In this document: positions 1-10,700 of the stretch, in pieces | How the letters are laid out: every line of letters begins with the position of its first letter | How positions within the stretch are numbered: position 1 is the first letter of the stretch | Source: a candidate division WOR-3 bacterium | Lineage (GTDB): Bacteria > Hydrothermota > 32-111 | Length of the DNA: 64,000 bases | Direction of reading: 5' to 3' | Assembly: GCA_039804205.1 (NCBI GenBank) | Contig: JBDRZY010000001.1 | Location: 286,198 to 350,197 of the forward strand | Made by a program: the position numbers and the translations under genes | Notes under the pieces: model-generated | Databases searched by the model: none | Told to the model about the DNA's origin: nothing | The model's input: the letters and a program-made list of their open reading frames with translations, nothing else

Positions 1-130
1 ACTTTGGATTTCTTTTTGTATTCTTCTATATAAAATCCACACAAAAATTAAATCTGATCAATTTCAATAATGAAAAAATTTTTTTATTGAAAAAAATATA
101 TGGAATCGTAAAATAAAAACAGGAGGTATT

Positions 131-2254
131 ATGAAAAAAATTCTTTTGTTTCCGATTTTGATCTATGTTGCAATTTCTTTGAGTGCACTCTCCAAATTTG
201 ATACAAATTCTTCAAAATTTCTTATTGATAGTTTAAATATGAGATCTCTTGGAAAATTGTATTACCATAAACACTCAACCGATATTTTTGTTAAAGATAG
301 TTTTGCTTTTGCACTTTTCACAAACTCTTTGGTTTCATTTGATATAAGGGATAAAAACAACTTTGTTGTTTTAGATGAAATTCTTATCAAATCACCACAA
401 CGTATCACTCTTTCAGGGAATTATGCATTTGTTTCAACAATGGAATCGAAAGTTTTGATCTATGATATCTCTGATCCTTATGATATGAAACTTGTTTCAG
501 TTTTCTATACGACCTCCCCCATTATGGATATGATGGTTTCTGGAAATTATCTTTATCTTGCAAACAGTTTAGTTGGATTAACCATCATGGATGTATCTGA
601 TCCGATGAATCCAACTCAAATTGGTGAATACAATTATAGTTTACCATACAATTTTCTTTTAGGACTTTTTATTGATGGAAATTACGCTTATATTGCTTGC
701 TGGTTTACAGGAATGATTATTCTGGATGTAACCGATCCATCAAACCCTGCTTTTGTTGGTTCAATAACAAAGGGTGGTGGAATGTATGATGTTGTTGTAA
801 AAGGGCATTATGCTTTTCTTGCAAATGCAGGTGAAGGGTTATCTGTTGTTGATATTTCAGATAAAACAAACCCTGTTCTTTATGATACCTTGGAAACCGA
901 TGGATTTTTTACCAATCTTTTTTTAAAAGGTGATACGATTTTCGCTTGCGCAGATGTCAAAGGTCTAAGAATAATAGATATTTCCGATTCTTCAAATTTC
1001 AAAGAAATCGGATTTTCCTTATCATTAGATAGTAATGTTTCTGATTATAGATCGTTTGTAAAAGATAGTTTTGCTTTCATATCAACCTATAATGGTGGAA
1101 TTAGAGTTGTAAATGTTTTGGATGCTAACAATCCTGTTGAAACTTATTCATATTTTACCTTTGATGAAGTGAACGATGTCAAAGTAAAAGGTAATATTGC
1201 TTTCTTATCACGTGGGGCTGATGGTTTGAAAATTTATGATATCTCAGATCCATCTGATATAAAATATATTTCAGGATTTGATATACCTTCCTACATTACA
1301 AAGATGGCGATTTTTGATACTTTACTTCTATTGTCTGCAGGTGTTTCCGGTATTTATATTTTAAATGTTGCTGACTCGTCAAATCCTGTTCAGATCGCAA
1401 ATATTCCCGCTATATCTTATTCAAATGGTATGTATTTGGAGAATAACCGTCTTTTTGTTGCTGATTATGATTCAGGGATTTTTATATATGATCTTTCAGA
1501 TTTAAACAATATTGTTCAGGTTGGTAAGTATAAATTCTCTTTTCCCATATACGATCTTTTTGTAAAAGATGGTTATGCTTATGTTGCGGGATACAGTGAA
1601 GGACTTTTAATACTTGATATATCAAACATTTCATCTCCATTCTTTGTTGGAAGTTTCAACACAGCAGGTTCTGCTAATGATGTAATAGTTGATAACAATT
1701 ATGCTTATATTGCTGATGGAAATGAAGGTCTGAGAATCGTTGATGTTTCAAATCCATCTTTTCCTGTTGAAAAGAATTATTATCCCACAACTGGTGATTT
1801 TATTAAATTGCTAAAATATGGAAATACTCTTTATGTCTGTGATTCTTACAATGGTGTAAGAGTTCTTGATGTAACAGATATAATGGATATAAAAGAGATT
1901 GCCTACTCTAAACCTATTGGAAATTCAATGGGGTTTGATGTTAAATCTGATCGAATTTATCTTGCAAGTGAAGAATTCTATGTTCTTCAAACAACTTTGT
2001 CAGGCTCAATCGAAAAAAGAATAAATATAAACTCAAAGGTAAAATTTTTGAAAAGTGATATGATTCTTGATATATCAGAAAATGATAACGGATTTTTTAT
2101 CTACGATATTTCAGGTAGGATTGTAAAAGAAAAGAAAAGTTTAAAAGCAGGGGCAAATAGAGTGAGTTTAAAAGATTTAAAAACTGGAACATATTTTATT
2201 ATCTTTAAGGATGGTGAGAAAAGGTATACATACAAATTTTTCATTTTAAAATAG
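131..2254 (+). CDS. Secreted LVIVD-repeat beta-propeller protein with T9SS (Por) C-terminal sorting domain
   Basis: AGGAGG sits 5 nt upstream of the ATG. The N-terminus is a signal peptide. Repeated ...GNYAYVA..GLxIxDVSNP... units match LVIVD repeats. The last ~75 aa (ISGRIVKEK..GTYFIIFKDGEKRYTYKFFILK) resemble the Por_Secre_tail/T9SS CTD. Confidence 0.75.
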   Translation: MKKILLFPILIYVAISLSALSKFDTNSSKFLIDSLNMRSLGKLYYHKHSTDIFVKDSFAFALFTNSLVSFDIRDKNNFVVLDEILIKSPQRITLSGNYAFVSTMESKVLIYDISDPYDMKLVSVFYTTSPIMDMMVSGNYLYLANSLVGLTIMDVSDPMNPTQIGEYNYSLPYNFLLGLFIDGNYAYIACWFTGMIILDVTDPSNPAFVGSITKGGGMYDVVVKGHYAFLANAGEGLSVVDISDKTNPVLYDTLETDGFFTNLFLKGDTIFACADVKGLRIIDISDSSNFKEIGFSLSLDSNVSDYRSFVKDSFAFISTYNGGIRVVNVLDANNPVETYSYFTFDEVNDVKVKGNIAFLSRGADGLKIYDISDPSDIKYISGFDIPSYITKMAIFDTLLLLSAGVSGIYILNVADSSNPVQIANIPAISYSNGMYLENNRLFVADYDSGIFIYDLSDLNNIVQVGKYKFSFPIYDLFVKDGYAYVAGYSEGLLILDISNISSPFFVGSFNTAGSANDVIVDNNYAYIADGNEGLRIVDVSNPSFPVEKNYYPTTGDFIKLLKYGNTLYVCDSYNGVRVLDVTDIMDIKEIAYSKPIGNSMGFDVKSDRIYLASEEFYVLQTTLSGSIEKRININSKVKFLKSDMILDISENDNGFFIYDISGRIVKEKKSLKAGANRVSLKDLKTGTYFIIFKDGEKRYTYKFFILK

Positions 2255-2258
2255 AAAA

Positions 2259-5200
2259 ATGTGTTTTTTTTACTTTTTCTTTATCATACTTTTTTCTTTT
2301 CCTTTGAATCTATTTTCTTTCAACGATGTTATTTATACGGATATAGTGCAACATTTTGAATCAAAATATGGAAAACTTGAAATAGTGTCAACCATTCCAG
2401 AAAATGATATTTTTCTTGATGAAAGAACAAAAGAGGTAGTATTTACTTTTTCAAAAGATATAGTACCCTTACAGGATGTTGAGAGTTTAAATGTAAAATA
2501 TAGATGTGAACCACCTTTAAAGGGTATATTTAAAAGTAGAGGGAAAAATAGTATTGTTTTTTATACGGATTCTTTTATGCCTGAAAAATCTTATAGATTT
2601 GTTATCGAGAAAGGTCTTTTATCTTTAGATTCTTCAGTTCTTTCAGAAGATTTTGTGTTAACGATAAAACCTGTAAATTTGAATGTTGTAAAAACTTCAT
2701 ACTATAAAATCCATTCTGATTCTTTCTTTTACATCGTTTTTAACTATAAAATTCCTTTCGAGATTTTGAGAAAAAGTATGATATTAAAATGTGAGGATAA
2801 AAGGGTTGAAAAGGTTATCGAAGAATCACAAACGACAGGTAAAGAAACCTATTACAGTTATGAGTATTTTTACAATAAAAGTGATACATCCTATTTTTAT
2901 TGTGTTAAAGTAAAAGAAAAGGGGGGTTTTAAAAAGACGAAAAATTATTCTCTGGAAATCTTCAACGAAGAATTTATGAGAGAAAAGATTATTTTGAGAT
3001 TTTCAATATATGATGATTTCAAATATGTTCACAAATCAGATTCCTGTTTACCGATTTTCGATCAAAAAACATCTTTCGATATAGAATTTTCTACACCTGT
3101 AAAGGTTGATGAGATAATCAAAAATGTAAAGTTCATCTCAGATGGAAAAGAGGAAGATATACTTGATTATTTTTACTATGATGAATCACCGATTTTTTAT
3201 CTGAATAAAGTACTAAAACCTGACGGAGAGTACTTTCTTAAAATAGATGGTAATTTGAAAGATATCTATAAACAGAAAATAAAAAATCCAGGTAAGTATA
3301 GAGTGCCTGTAAAAGATTATCAACCTTTTGTTCTTTTCAACCAGAGTTATTTAAGAAAGAGCAACAATTTGATGTTGAATTTTTCATTGATGAATCTTAA
3401 AAATCTTAGAGTGTATGTAAAGGAGAGAAAGAAAGAAGAATTCATCAGAGATTTTATAAGTTTGAATTATACTAACGATTATAAAATTTGGAAAAATAAA
3501 AAATTTGAATTTGATGTAAAGAAAAATTTTCTTTATAAGGATAGTATAGATCTTTTAAAGGAATTTTCCCTGAAAGAGAACGTTGGTTTTGGTTTTCTTG
3601 AATACAGTTTGGATGGTAACGATTATGGATTTGATTTTATTTACCAGAAAACACCATTTAAAGTTAGTGGAGTTTTATCAAATAAAAATGGTTTTATCGT
3701 CGTTTCTGATCATGAATCGAACCAGACATTTAAAGAGAATGTAAGATTGAGAATAATTGATCAGAGTGGTAAAGAAAAATTCAGTAAAAATATAAAAAAT
3801 GGAATCTATGAGATAAAAAAGAACGATGTAAAATATTTTCAAAAAAATAATTCTGAAATAGCAAGGTTTCTTTATATAGAAAATGGAAACAAAAGTTTAA
3901 TCTTCCCTTTATATTTTGAAAAAACTGAAAAAGTCTACAAAGGTTATCTGTTCACTGATAGAAACCTTTACTCTTTAAAAGACAGTGTTCTGATAACAGG
4001 GATCATAAGGGAATCTTCTGGTAATAGAATTTTTTTACCAAAAATAAAGAATCTCGAATATTTCATTTTAAATCCCGAATACAAACAGATAAAAGAAGGA
4101 TCCGTAAAACTTGATAAAAATGGGTCTTTTCTCTTTAATTTTAGCATAGAGGATACTTTTAGGACTGGATACTATTATGTTAATTTCTATTCTAACGACA
4201 TTTTTGTAGGTCAAACATCCTTTATGGTTCAGGAGTTCAAAGAGCCCAAGTTTGAAGTTGTTTTGAATTCTAAAAATAGTTTTTTATCTGATGAAAATGT
4301 AGAAGTTTTTATCGAAGCAAAATATCTTACTGGTTTTCAAATGGCAAATGATTCTTTGTTCTGTTATCTTCAGATAACAGAGGTTCCATTCTTCTCACAA
4401 AAATTTTCTGATTTTAATTTTTATATTTATTCGGAAGTTGATAATGAACAAAAAAGTGTTTTCGAAAGAAAATATACTCTTGATGGTGATGGTAAATTTT
4501 TGTTCAAAGAAAAGATACCAGTTGAAAAAAGAAAAAATCCTATTTCTGTAAATTTTATAGCGACAGTAAAAGATTTCAACAAGGAAACGGTCTCAAAAAA
4601 TGTATCGTTTACAAAAAATATAAAAAATAGGTATGCTGGACTTAAAATATCCCATATATCTGAAAAGGATGATTCTTCTCTTGTAGAGGTTGTTGTGGTT
4701 GATGAAAATGATGTGACTGTTAAGGGAGAAAAAATTGTTTTGAATGTTTTTAAACTTTTTTCATACAACGATTCGTTATGTGATACTATAAAAAGTATTC
4801 AACTTCTTACAGATCAGAAGGTTGATTCTTTCTGGATAAAACTTCCGAAAAATTCATATTATAAAGTTGAGTTACATTACGAGGGGAACAGAGTAGTTGA
4901 CAGGTTTTACAATGGATTTTTTTATTATGATGAAAGGGATGATGTCGGGATACATATTGTTAAAAATAAAGAAAAATATGAGGTTGGAGATACAGTAATT
5001 TTGAAGATCGTTTCAGATGATAAAAATGTGGAACATTACTACTATATAAACAAAGATTCGATCTTTAAGTTTGAAAATCTTTCTTTCAAAGATGATGATA
5101 CACTGCTTTTGAAAATACCTGTTCAGGAAAATCTGTATGGAGGATTCTACTTTTCAGTTTTTAATTTAAAATCTGATACTTTATATAACAATCCAAAGAT

Positions 5201-7694
5201 TTCAACACATTTTATAGATGTTACAGGTGAATCAAAAAGGTTGAATTTTGAAATGGTAACAGATAAAGAAAAATATTCACCTGGTGATTCTGTTACAGTT
5301 GAACTCAAAACTGATGAAAAGAAGAAGTGTAATGCTATTCTTTTTGTTGTAGATGAATCTGTACTCATGTTAACCGGTTATAAATATTCGGATCCTTTAA
5401 GTATTTTTTACTCCTATTATTCAAATGAGACGAGTTTCGTTAACTCCGACAATTTTTATCCTCCATCGATTTTTCGATATTATGGTTCTAAAATGATGGA
5501 TGGGGACAATTCTGAAGATTTGAATTCTGTGTCTTACAAAGATAAAAAATATACAGAAAATTTAAATGAGTCATCTGATGTCAAAGAAGAAGAATATTTT
5601 GGAAAGGAAATGGATATAAAGTATAGAAAAGATTTTAGATCCCTCGTTTTTTATAAAAAGGATATTGAGTTTTCAAACAGAAAGGATCTGAAAATAAAAT
5701 TTAAGTTACCAGATAATGTTGGAAAATTCAGAATCGTGTGTGTTGCTTTTGATGAGGAAAAGTTTAATATAAAAGAAAAAAGTATAAGAGTTGAAAAGGA
5801 AATTATTGTTAATCCCTCTTTTCCATTATTTCTAAGACCTTTTGATAATTTGAATTTTTCTTTTGTTATACTTGATAATTCTAATAAAAAAGGTGATATT
5901 AAAACAACAATTTTTTCAAAAGAGATAGAATTTCTAGAAACGAACAAAAAACTTAACAGTTCAGATCAAAAGATTTCAGTTAATTTTAAAGGAAAGGTAC
6001 TTTTCGAGGATAGTGCCAGAATATATATAAAGGTTGAAAAAGATTCGATAACGGATGGAATGGTTTTAAATCTACCCATAATAAACCATAATCTTTATGA
6101 ATATTCTTCAATATTTTCTTCTTCTGATAGTTCTGAAGTGATAGAGTATTTCAATGTTTCAAAGGGTATTAACAAAAGTAAAAGTTTTATAAAGATAAAT
6201 TTGAATTCCACTTTGATAGGTGGATTGATTCTTCCTCTTGATTATCTTAAAGATTATCCGTATCTATGTTTGGAACAAAAACTGTCAAGAATTTTTCCAC
6301 TGATTATTGGTGAGGATATTATAAACCTCTATAATCTTTCAGAGTTGAAAGGAACGACTTTACGAAAATTCGTTTCCTCGGTTTTAAAGGATTTAGAAAA
6401 TTTTCAATCTGAAAATGGAGGTTTCAAATATTTTGAAAGTGATGTTTATGAAAATGAGTATCTTTCAGTATATACAATGTATGTTATCTATCATGCAACC
6501 GTTAAAGGGTATAAAATTAATGACAGAACAAAGGAAAAAGGTTTAAACTATTTAGAGAGTTTGTTGGAAGAAAATCATAACAGTTTATGGGGATACAGTT
6601 TAAATGCAAAATACTCATTGGAAGCGTTTTCTCTATATGTTCTATCATTGTACGGAAGATCGAACCATTATCAGAAAATAAAAGAAATATTTTCCAACAG
6701 GGATAAACTGTATCTTGCAGAAAAGGCAAGATTGGTTGAAACACTCAAAAAATACTCTTTAAAAGATGAACAAAAAACTCTTTTATCCGAAATAAAATCG
6801 AACGCTAAATTTGAATCAGATTACCTTTTCTTTGAAGAAAAATTTTCAGATTGGTGGTTTTTTAATAGTAATTTAAAGGCAACTGCAGCGATTCTCACTT
6901 CGATTCTAAAAACAGAAGGTGATTATGAATATGCACAACTTGTCGTTAATTACCTTTTAAAGAATTTGCAAAATGGATTCTGGTTGAACACACATACAAC
7001 ATCACACGTTTTGGAAGCGTTGAATGAATACTATCGTGTTTATGAAAAAGAACAAACAGATTTTAAAATACTTTTGAAGTTTAATGATAAAACTTTTTAT
7101 AAAAAGAATTTTAAAGGAAGAAAGGATAATGGTTCAACATACCTGCTGGAAGGTAAAAATTTTAAAGATGGTGTTAATGTATTAAAATTAGAAAAAAAGG
7201 GAAAAGGCAGAGTTTACTACACATTGAAGTACAGATATACAAAAACTGGAATAGAAAAGGGACTTTTTAATGGATTTACTATAGAAAGAGAATATCTTAA
7301 CATTAACGATGAACCTGTAAAAAGTTTCAAAAAGGGAGAATTTTATAAGATTAAATTGAAAATTACAACCGATAAACCAAGAACTTTTGTTGTTCTTGAA
7401 GATAACATTCCTGCGGGTTTTGAAATAGTTAAAAAGGAGTTTCTAACAGAATTCTTGAATCTTGCTGGTTTTAATTTTAAAAGTTCATGGTGGGGTGATT
7501 TTTATCATGAAGAGTTTTATCGCGATAAAGTTATAACAAGTTCTATATATCTTTATGAGGGAGAACATGTTTTCACATATTTTGTCAAAGCAATAGTTTC
7601 TGGAAGATTTGATGTTCCACCTGCATCTGTTTTTGAAATGTATGATCCTGAGATTTTTGGACACACCGATTCAAAGATAATAGAAATAGAATAA
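2259..7694 (+). CDS. Bacterial alpha-2-macroglobulin family protein (thioester-containing protease trap)
   Basis: The protein is 1811 aa with a hydrophobic N-terminus. The intact thioester motif YPYLCLEQ is encoded at nt 6267-6278. Size and overall beta-rich composition are typical of the bacterial A2M/YfhM family. Confidence 0.8.
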   Translation: MCFFYFFFIILFSFPLNLFSFNDVIYTDIVQHFESKYGKLEIVSTIPENDIFLDERTKEVVFTFSKDIVPLQDVESLNVKYRCEPPLKGIFKSRGKNSIVFYTDSFMPEKSYRFVIEKGLLSLDSSVLSEDFVLTIKPVNLNVVKTSYYKIHSDSFFYIVFNYKIPFEILRKSMILKCEDKRVEKVIEESQTTGKETYYSYEYFYNKSDTSYFYCVKVKEKGGFKKTKNYSLEIFNEEFMREKIILRFSIYDDFKYVHKSDSCLPIFDQKTSFDIEFSTPVKVDEIIKNVKFISDGKEEDILDYFYYDESPIFYLNKVLKPDGEYFLKIDGNLKDIYKQKIKNPGKYRVPVKDYQPFVLFNQSYLRKSNNLMLNFSLMNLKNLRVYVKERKKEEFIRDFISLNYTNDYKIWKNKKFEFDVKKNFLYKDSIDLLKEFSLKENVGFGFLEYSLDGNDYGFDFIYQKTPFKVSGVLSNKNGFIVVSDHESNQTFKENVRLRIIDQSGKEKFSKNIKNGIYEIKKNDVKYFQKNNSEIARFLYIENGNKSLIFPLYFEKTEKVYKGYLFTDRNLYSLKDSVLITGIIRESSGNRIFLPKIKNLEYFILNPEYKQIKEGSVKLDKNGSFLFNFSIEDTFRTGYYYVNFYSNDIFVGQTSFMVQEFKEPKFEVVLNSKNSFLSDENVEVFIEAKYLTGFQMANDSLFCYLQITEVPFFSQKFSDFNFYIYSEVDNEQKSVFERKYTLDGDGKFLFKEKIPVEKRKNPISVNFIATVKDFNKETVSKNVSFTKNIKNRYAGLKISHISEKDDSSLVEVVVVDENDVTVKGEKIVLNVFKLFSYNDSLCDTIKSIQLLTDQKVDSFWIKLPKNSYYKVELHYEGNRVVDRFYNGFFYYDERDDVGIHIVKNKEKYEVGDTVILKIVSDDKNVEHYYYINKDSIFKFENLSFKDDDTLLLKIPVQENLYGGFYFSVFNLKSDTLYNNPKISTHFIDVTGESKRLNFEMVTDKEKYSPGDSVTVELKTDEKKKCNAILFVVDESVLMLTGYKYSDPLSIFYSYYSNETSFVNSDNFYPPSIFRYYGSKMMDGDNSEDLNSVSYKDKKYTENLNESSDVKEEEYFGKEMDIKYRKDFRSLVFYKKDIEFSNRKDLKIKFKLPDNVGKFRIVCVAFDEEKFNIKEKSIRVEKEIIVNPSFPLFLRPFDNLNFSFVILDNSNKKGDIKTTIFSKEIEFLETNKKLNSSDQKISVNFKGKVLFEDSARIYIKVEKDSITDGMVLNLPIINHNLYEYSSIFSSSDSSEVIEYFNVSKGINKSKSFIKINLNSTLIGGLILPLDYLKDYPYLCLEQKLSRIFPLIIGEDIINLYNLSELKGTTLRKFVSSVLKDLENFQSENGGFKYFESDVYENEYLSVYTMYVIYHATVKGYKINDRTKEKGLNYLESLLEENHNSLWGYSLNAKYSLEAFSLYVLSLYGRSNHYQKIKEIFSNRDKLYLAEKARLVETLKKYSLKDEQKTLLSEIKSNAKFESDYLFFEEKFSDWWFFNSNLKATAAILTSILKTEGDYEYAQLVVNYLLKNLQNGFWLNTHTTSHVLEALNEYYRVYEKEQTDFKILLKFNDKTFYKKNFKGRKDNGSTYLLEGKNFKDGVNVLKLEKKGKGRVYYTLKYRYTKTGIEKGLFNGFTIEREYLNINDEPVKSFKKGEFYKIKLKITTDKPRTFVVLEDNIPAGFEIVKKEFLTEFLNLAGFNFKSSWWGDFYHEEFYRDKVITSSIYLYEGEHVFTYFVKAIVSGRFDVPPASVFEMYDPEIFGHTDSKIIEIE

Positions 7695-7706
7695 AAGGGA
7701 GGGATT

Positions 7707-10700
7707 TTGGAAACTGTTCCATTGAAAATTTTAAAATGGTATGCAAAAAACAGTTTTGAGAAAAGTTTTGAAGGATCTGTTTTGTTCCTTGATATCAAAG
7801 GTTTTACCTCTTTGACAGAAAACCTTATGAAATCTGGTAAAAGTGGTGCAGAAACACTTTCAAAAATTATAAACCTGTTTTACAACGATATAATAGATGA
7901 AATCTATTCAAATGGTGGTTTTATAACAACATTTGCAGGGGATGCTTTCACTGCGGTTTTTGATGGTAAGAAGAATTTTTGTTCTGTTCTTTCCGCTTAC
8001 AACATAATAAAAAAGATAGAAAATAAAAATTTTATCCTGCCCAACGAAAGAGTAAAACTTTCGGTTAAAATAAGTATAGTTTCAGGTCGTTTCAAAATTC
8101 TTTTCATAGGTGAAAAAAAGAAAATTTTTCTTTTGAAAGGAAGTCCGTTAAAAAAGATTCAAAAAATGCAGAATATATGTGAAGAGAATGAGATTTTGTG
8201 TGACAAAAAAACTTATGATAATTTAGTTGAGATTGCTAAATTTGAAAAAAGGGAGGAGTTTTATAAAATTTTGCATATATCACAGATAGGATGTAGTGTA
8301 AAAGAAAAAACGGACAGTTATAAAAATTATGATGCTTTTATTGTAGATGAAGTTTACAATTCAGATCTTAAAGGTGAATTTCGGAATGTTATCTCTATAT
8401 TTGTAAATTTTAAAAATTCTTCAAATGAAAAGAAGATCAGGTTTTATGTAGAAAATCTGTTAAATCTTAAAGAAAAATATGGATGCTTTTTAAGCATGGT
8501 TGAATATTCGGATAAAGGCCTTTTATGTTATATAATTTTTGGAGCGCCGATGGCTTTTGAGAACGATATCAGTAAATCCTCTGATTTTGTTAAAGAGTTG
8601 GTTTCTGTGTTAGGAAAGGATGTCAGGGTAGGAGTTACTTTTGGAAGTGCATATTTTGGAAAAATTGGGAGTGAAAAAAAATATGCTTATACAGCAATAT
8701 CAGCAGTAGTTAACCTTGCTGCAAGGATCACGATGAAAGCATTGTGGGGTGAAATCTGGTGCGATTCCATTTACACGAGTAAGTTGCAAAAGAATTATGA
8801 TCTTCAATCCAAAGGTTTTATTAAATTTAAAGGAATCGTTGGAGAAAGACAGGTATTTAAACTTGGAGAAAAAATCGGTTTTGAAAAAAAATATATCAAC
8901 AGATTTATTGGAAGAGAAGAGGAGTTGAAAAGATTAACCGAGATTCTTAAAGTTAGAGATAAAAATATGGGAATTCTTTTTGTTTTTGGACAGGCAGGTA
9001 TCGGAAAAACAAGGTTTGTGGAAGAATCGATAAAATCATTTGAAAACGAATTTGAAATTTTCTGGGAACAATCTGATGAAATAGTTAAAGATTTTCTTGA
9101 AGTGTTCAGAAAATTTATGGTTAAATATTTTAAACTTGATTTTGATAAAAATGTTGAAAAAAATGAAAAAAATTTTGAAACCGTTTATTATGAACTTTTA
9201 AATAAAGTTGAAAATAAAAAAAATATTTCAGTTGAAGAGTTTAAAAGAACGAAAGTTTTTTTAAAAAGTTTTCTGGGTTTTGATATCGATCTTTATAAAA
9301 ATTATGATGACAAAGTGATTCTGGACAATATAAAGATCGGGATAAAAGAGTTTGTTAAAATTAAATCCTCTATAAGACCTTTGATTTTAATTTTTGATGA
9401 TTCCCAGTGGTTGGATGAAGTTTCTTTAAAATTCATTCCTGAACTTATGACAAATGTCTCGGATTATCCTTTTGGTTTGATCATTTTGTCAAGGGATGAT
9501 GAAAGGATAAAAAATTTGTATTCCAATATTAAGGATGCAAAAGTTTTCGAACTTCAAAGATTTGAAAAGAAAAATGTGAAACTGATGATGGAAACAATAC
9601 TCAAGGGACCGATAAAGGAGAAACTTTTAAATTTTGTTGAAACAAAATCTGAAGGGAATCCTTTTTTTGTTGAACAGATTCTTTTGTTTTTGAATGAAAA
9701 TGGTTATATAAAGTATGATAATAATGGCTTTGATATTGAAAAAATTGATATAGATATTTTTTCAGGCATAAACTCAATAATAATAGCGCGTCTCGATCGA
9801 TTGAGTAAAAAATTGAAGAGAGTAGTCCAGCATGCATCAGTGCTGGGGAAAGAATTTGATATAGAAATTTTAAATAAAATGGTTGGAATGAAAGATATTG
9901 AAGTTGAACTCATCGAGGGAACAGAACAGAATATCTGGTATCCTTCAAATGAGATGAAATATGTTTTTTCACATTCACTTATAAAAGATGCGGCATACGA
10001 GATGCAACTTGAGGAAGATTTGATAAAATTACACAAACTTGCTGCTCTATCGATCGAGGAGAAATATAAGAATAATCCAATTTATTTTGCTGATCTCGCT
10101 TTTCATTATGAAAGGAGTAAGAACTATGAAAAATATGAAGAATATTTAAAAAAAGCAGCCGAGTTTGCAAAAAAAGAGTATAGAGAAGAGGATGCTTTAA
10201 GGTTAAATCAAAAACTTTTTGATATACAAAAAGATGATTTTGAAAAATTAAAAACTGGTATCCTTATAGCTCATAGTTTGTTTTATCTCTCCCAATATAA
10301 GCAAGAGGAAAATTTTTTGAACGAAATATTTAAAACCATCAAAGATAAAGAATCAGAAATATATGCTGAATATCTCAATGTGTTGATCGAATTACAGATA
10401 AGGTTATCCGACTATGAGAACGCTCTTAAAAATGCAGATCGTGCGTATGAAATATTTAAGAAGAATAAAAACCTGAAGGAGGAGATTAGATCGATAAAAA
10501 ATATAGGTAAGATCTACTATGATATGAATCAGTATGAAAAATCTTTGGACTATTTTAAAGAATCTTTAAAAATGGCAAAAGAATCGAAATTTGATCAGTT
10601 AGAACATGATATTTTGGGAAGTATGGCTTTATACTATTTTGAAACTGGTGAATATGATGAAGGTATAAAACTTTTGAACAAAAAAATTGAATACGATAGA

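Noticed and set aside
60-100. Imperfect A/T palindrome (TCAATAATGAAAAAATTTTTTTATTGA) upstream of the first gene as a possible operator
   Set aside because: Its arms are imperfect and lie in a generally A/T-rich leader. It is indistinguishable from background composition without comparative data.
4427-6744. Antisense ORFs of 73-113 aa (4427-4768, 5147-5368, 5651-5947, 6517-6744) inside the alpha-2-macroglobulin gene
   Set aside because: They are low-complexity, Ser/Phe/Leu-rich mirror translations of an AT-rich coding strand. They lack RBS and motifs, and they lie wholly within a well-supported large CDS.
9601-10170. Three minus-strand ORFs overlapping the STAND/TPR region
   Set aside because: They are shadow ORFs opposite a motif-rich CDS. 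They show no domain signatures.
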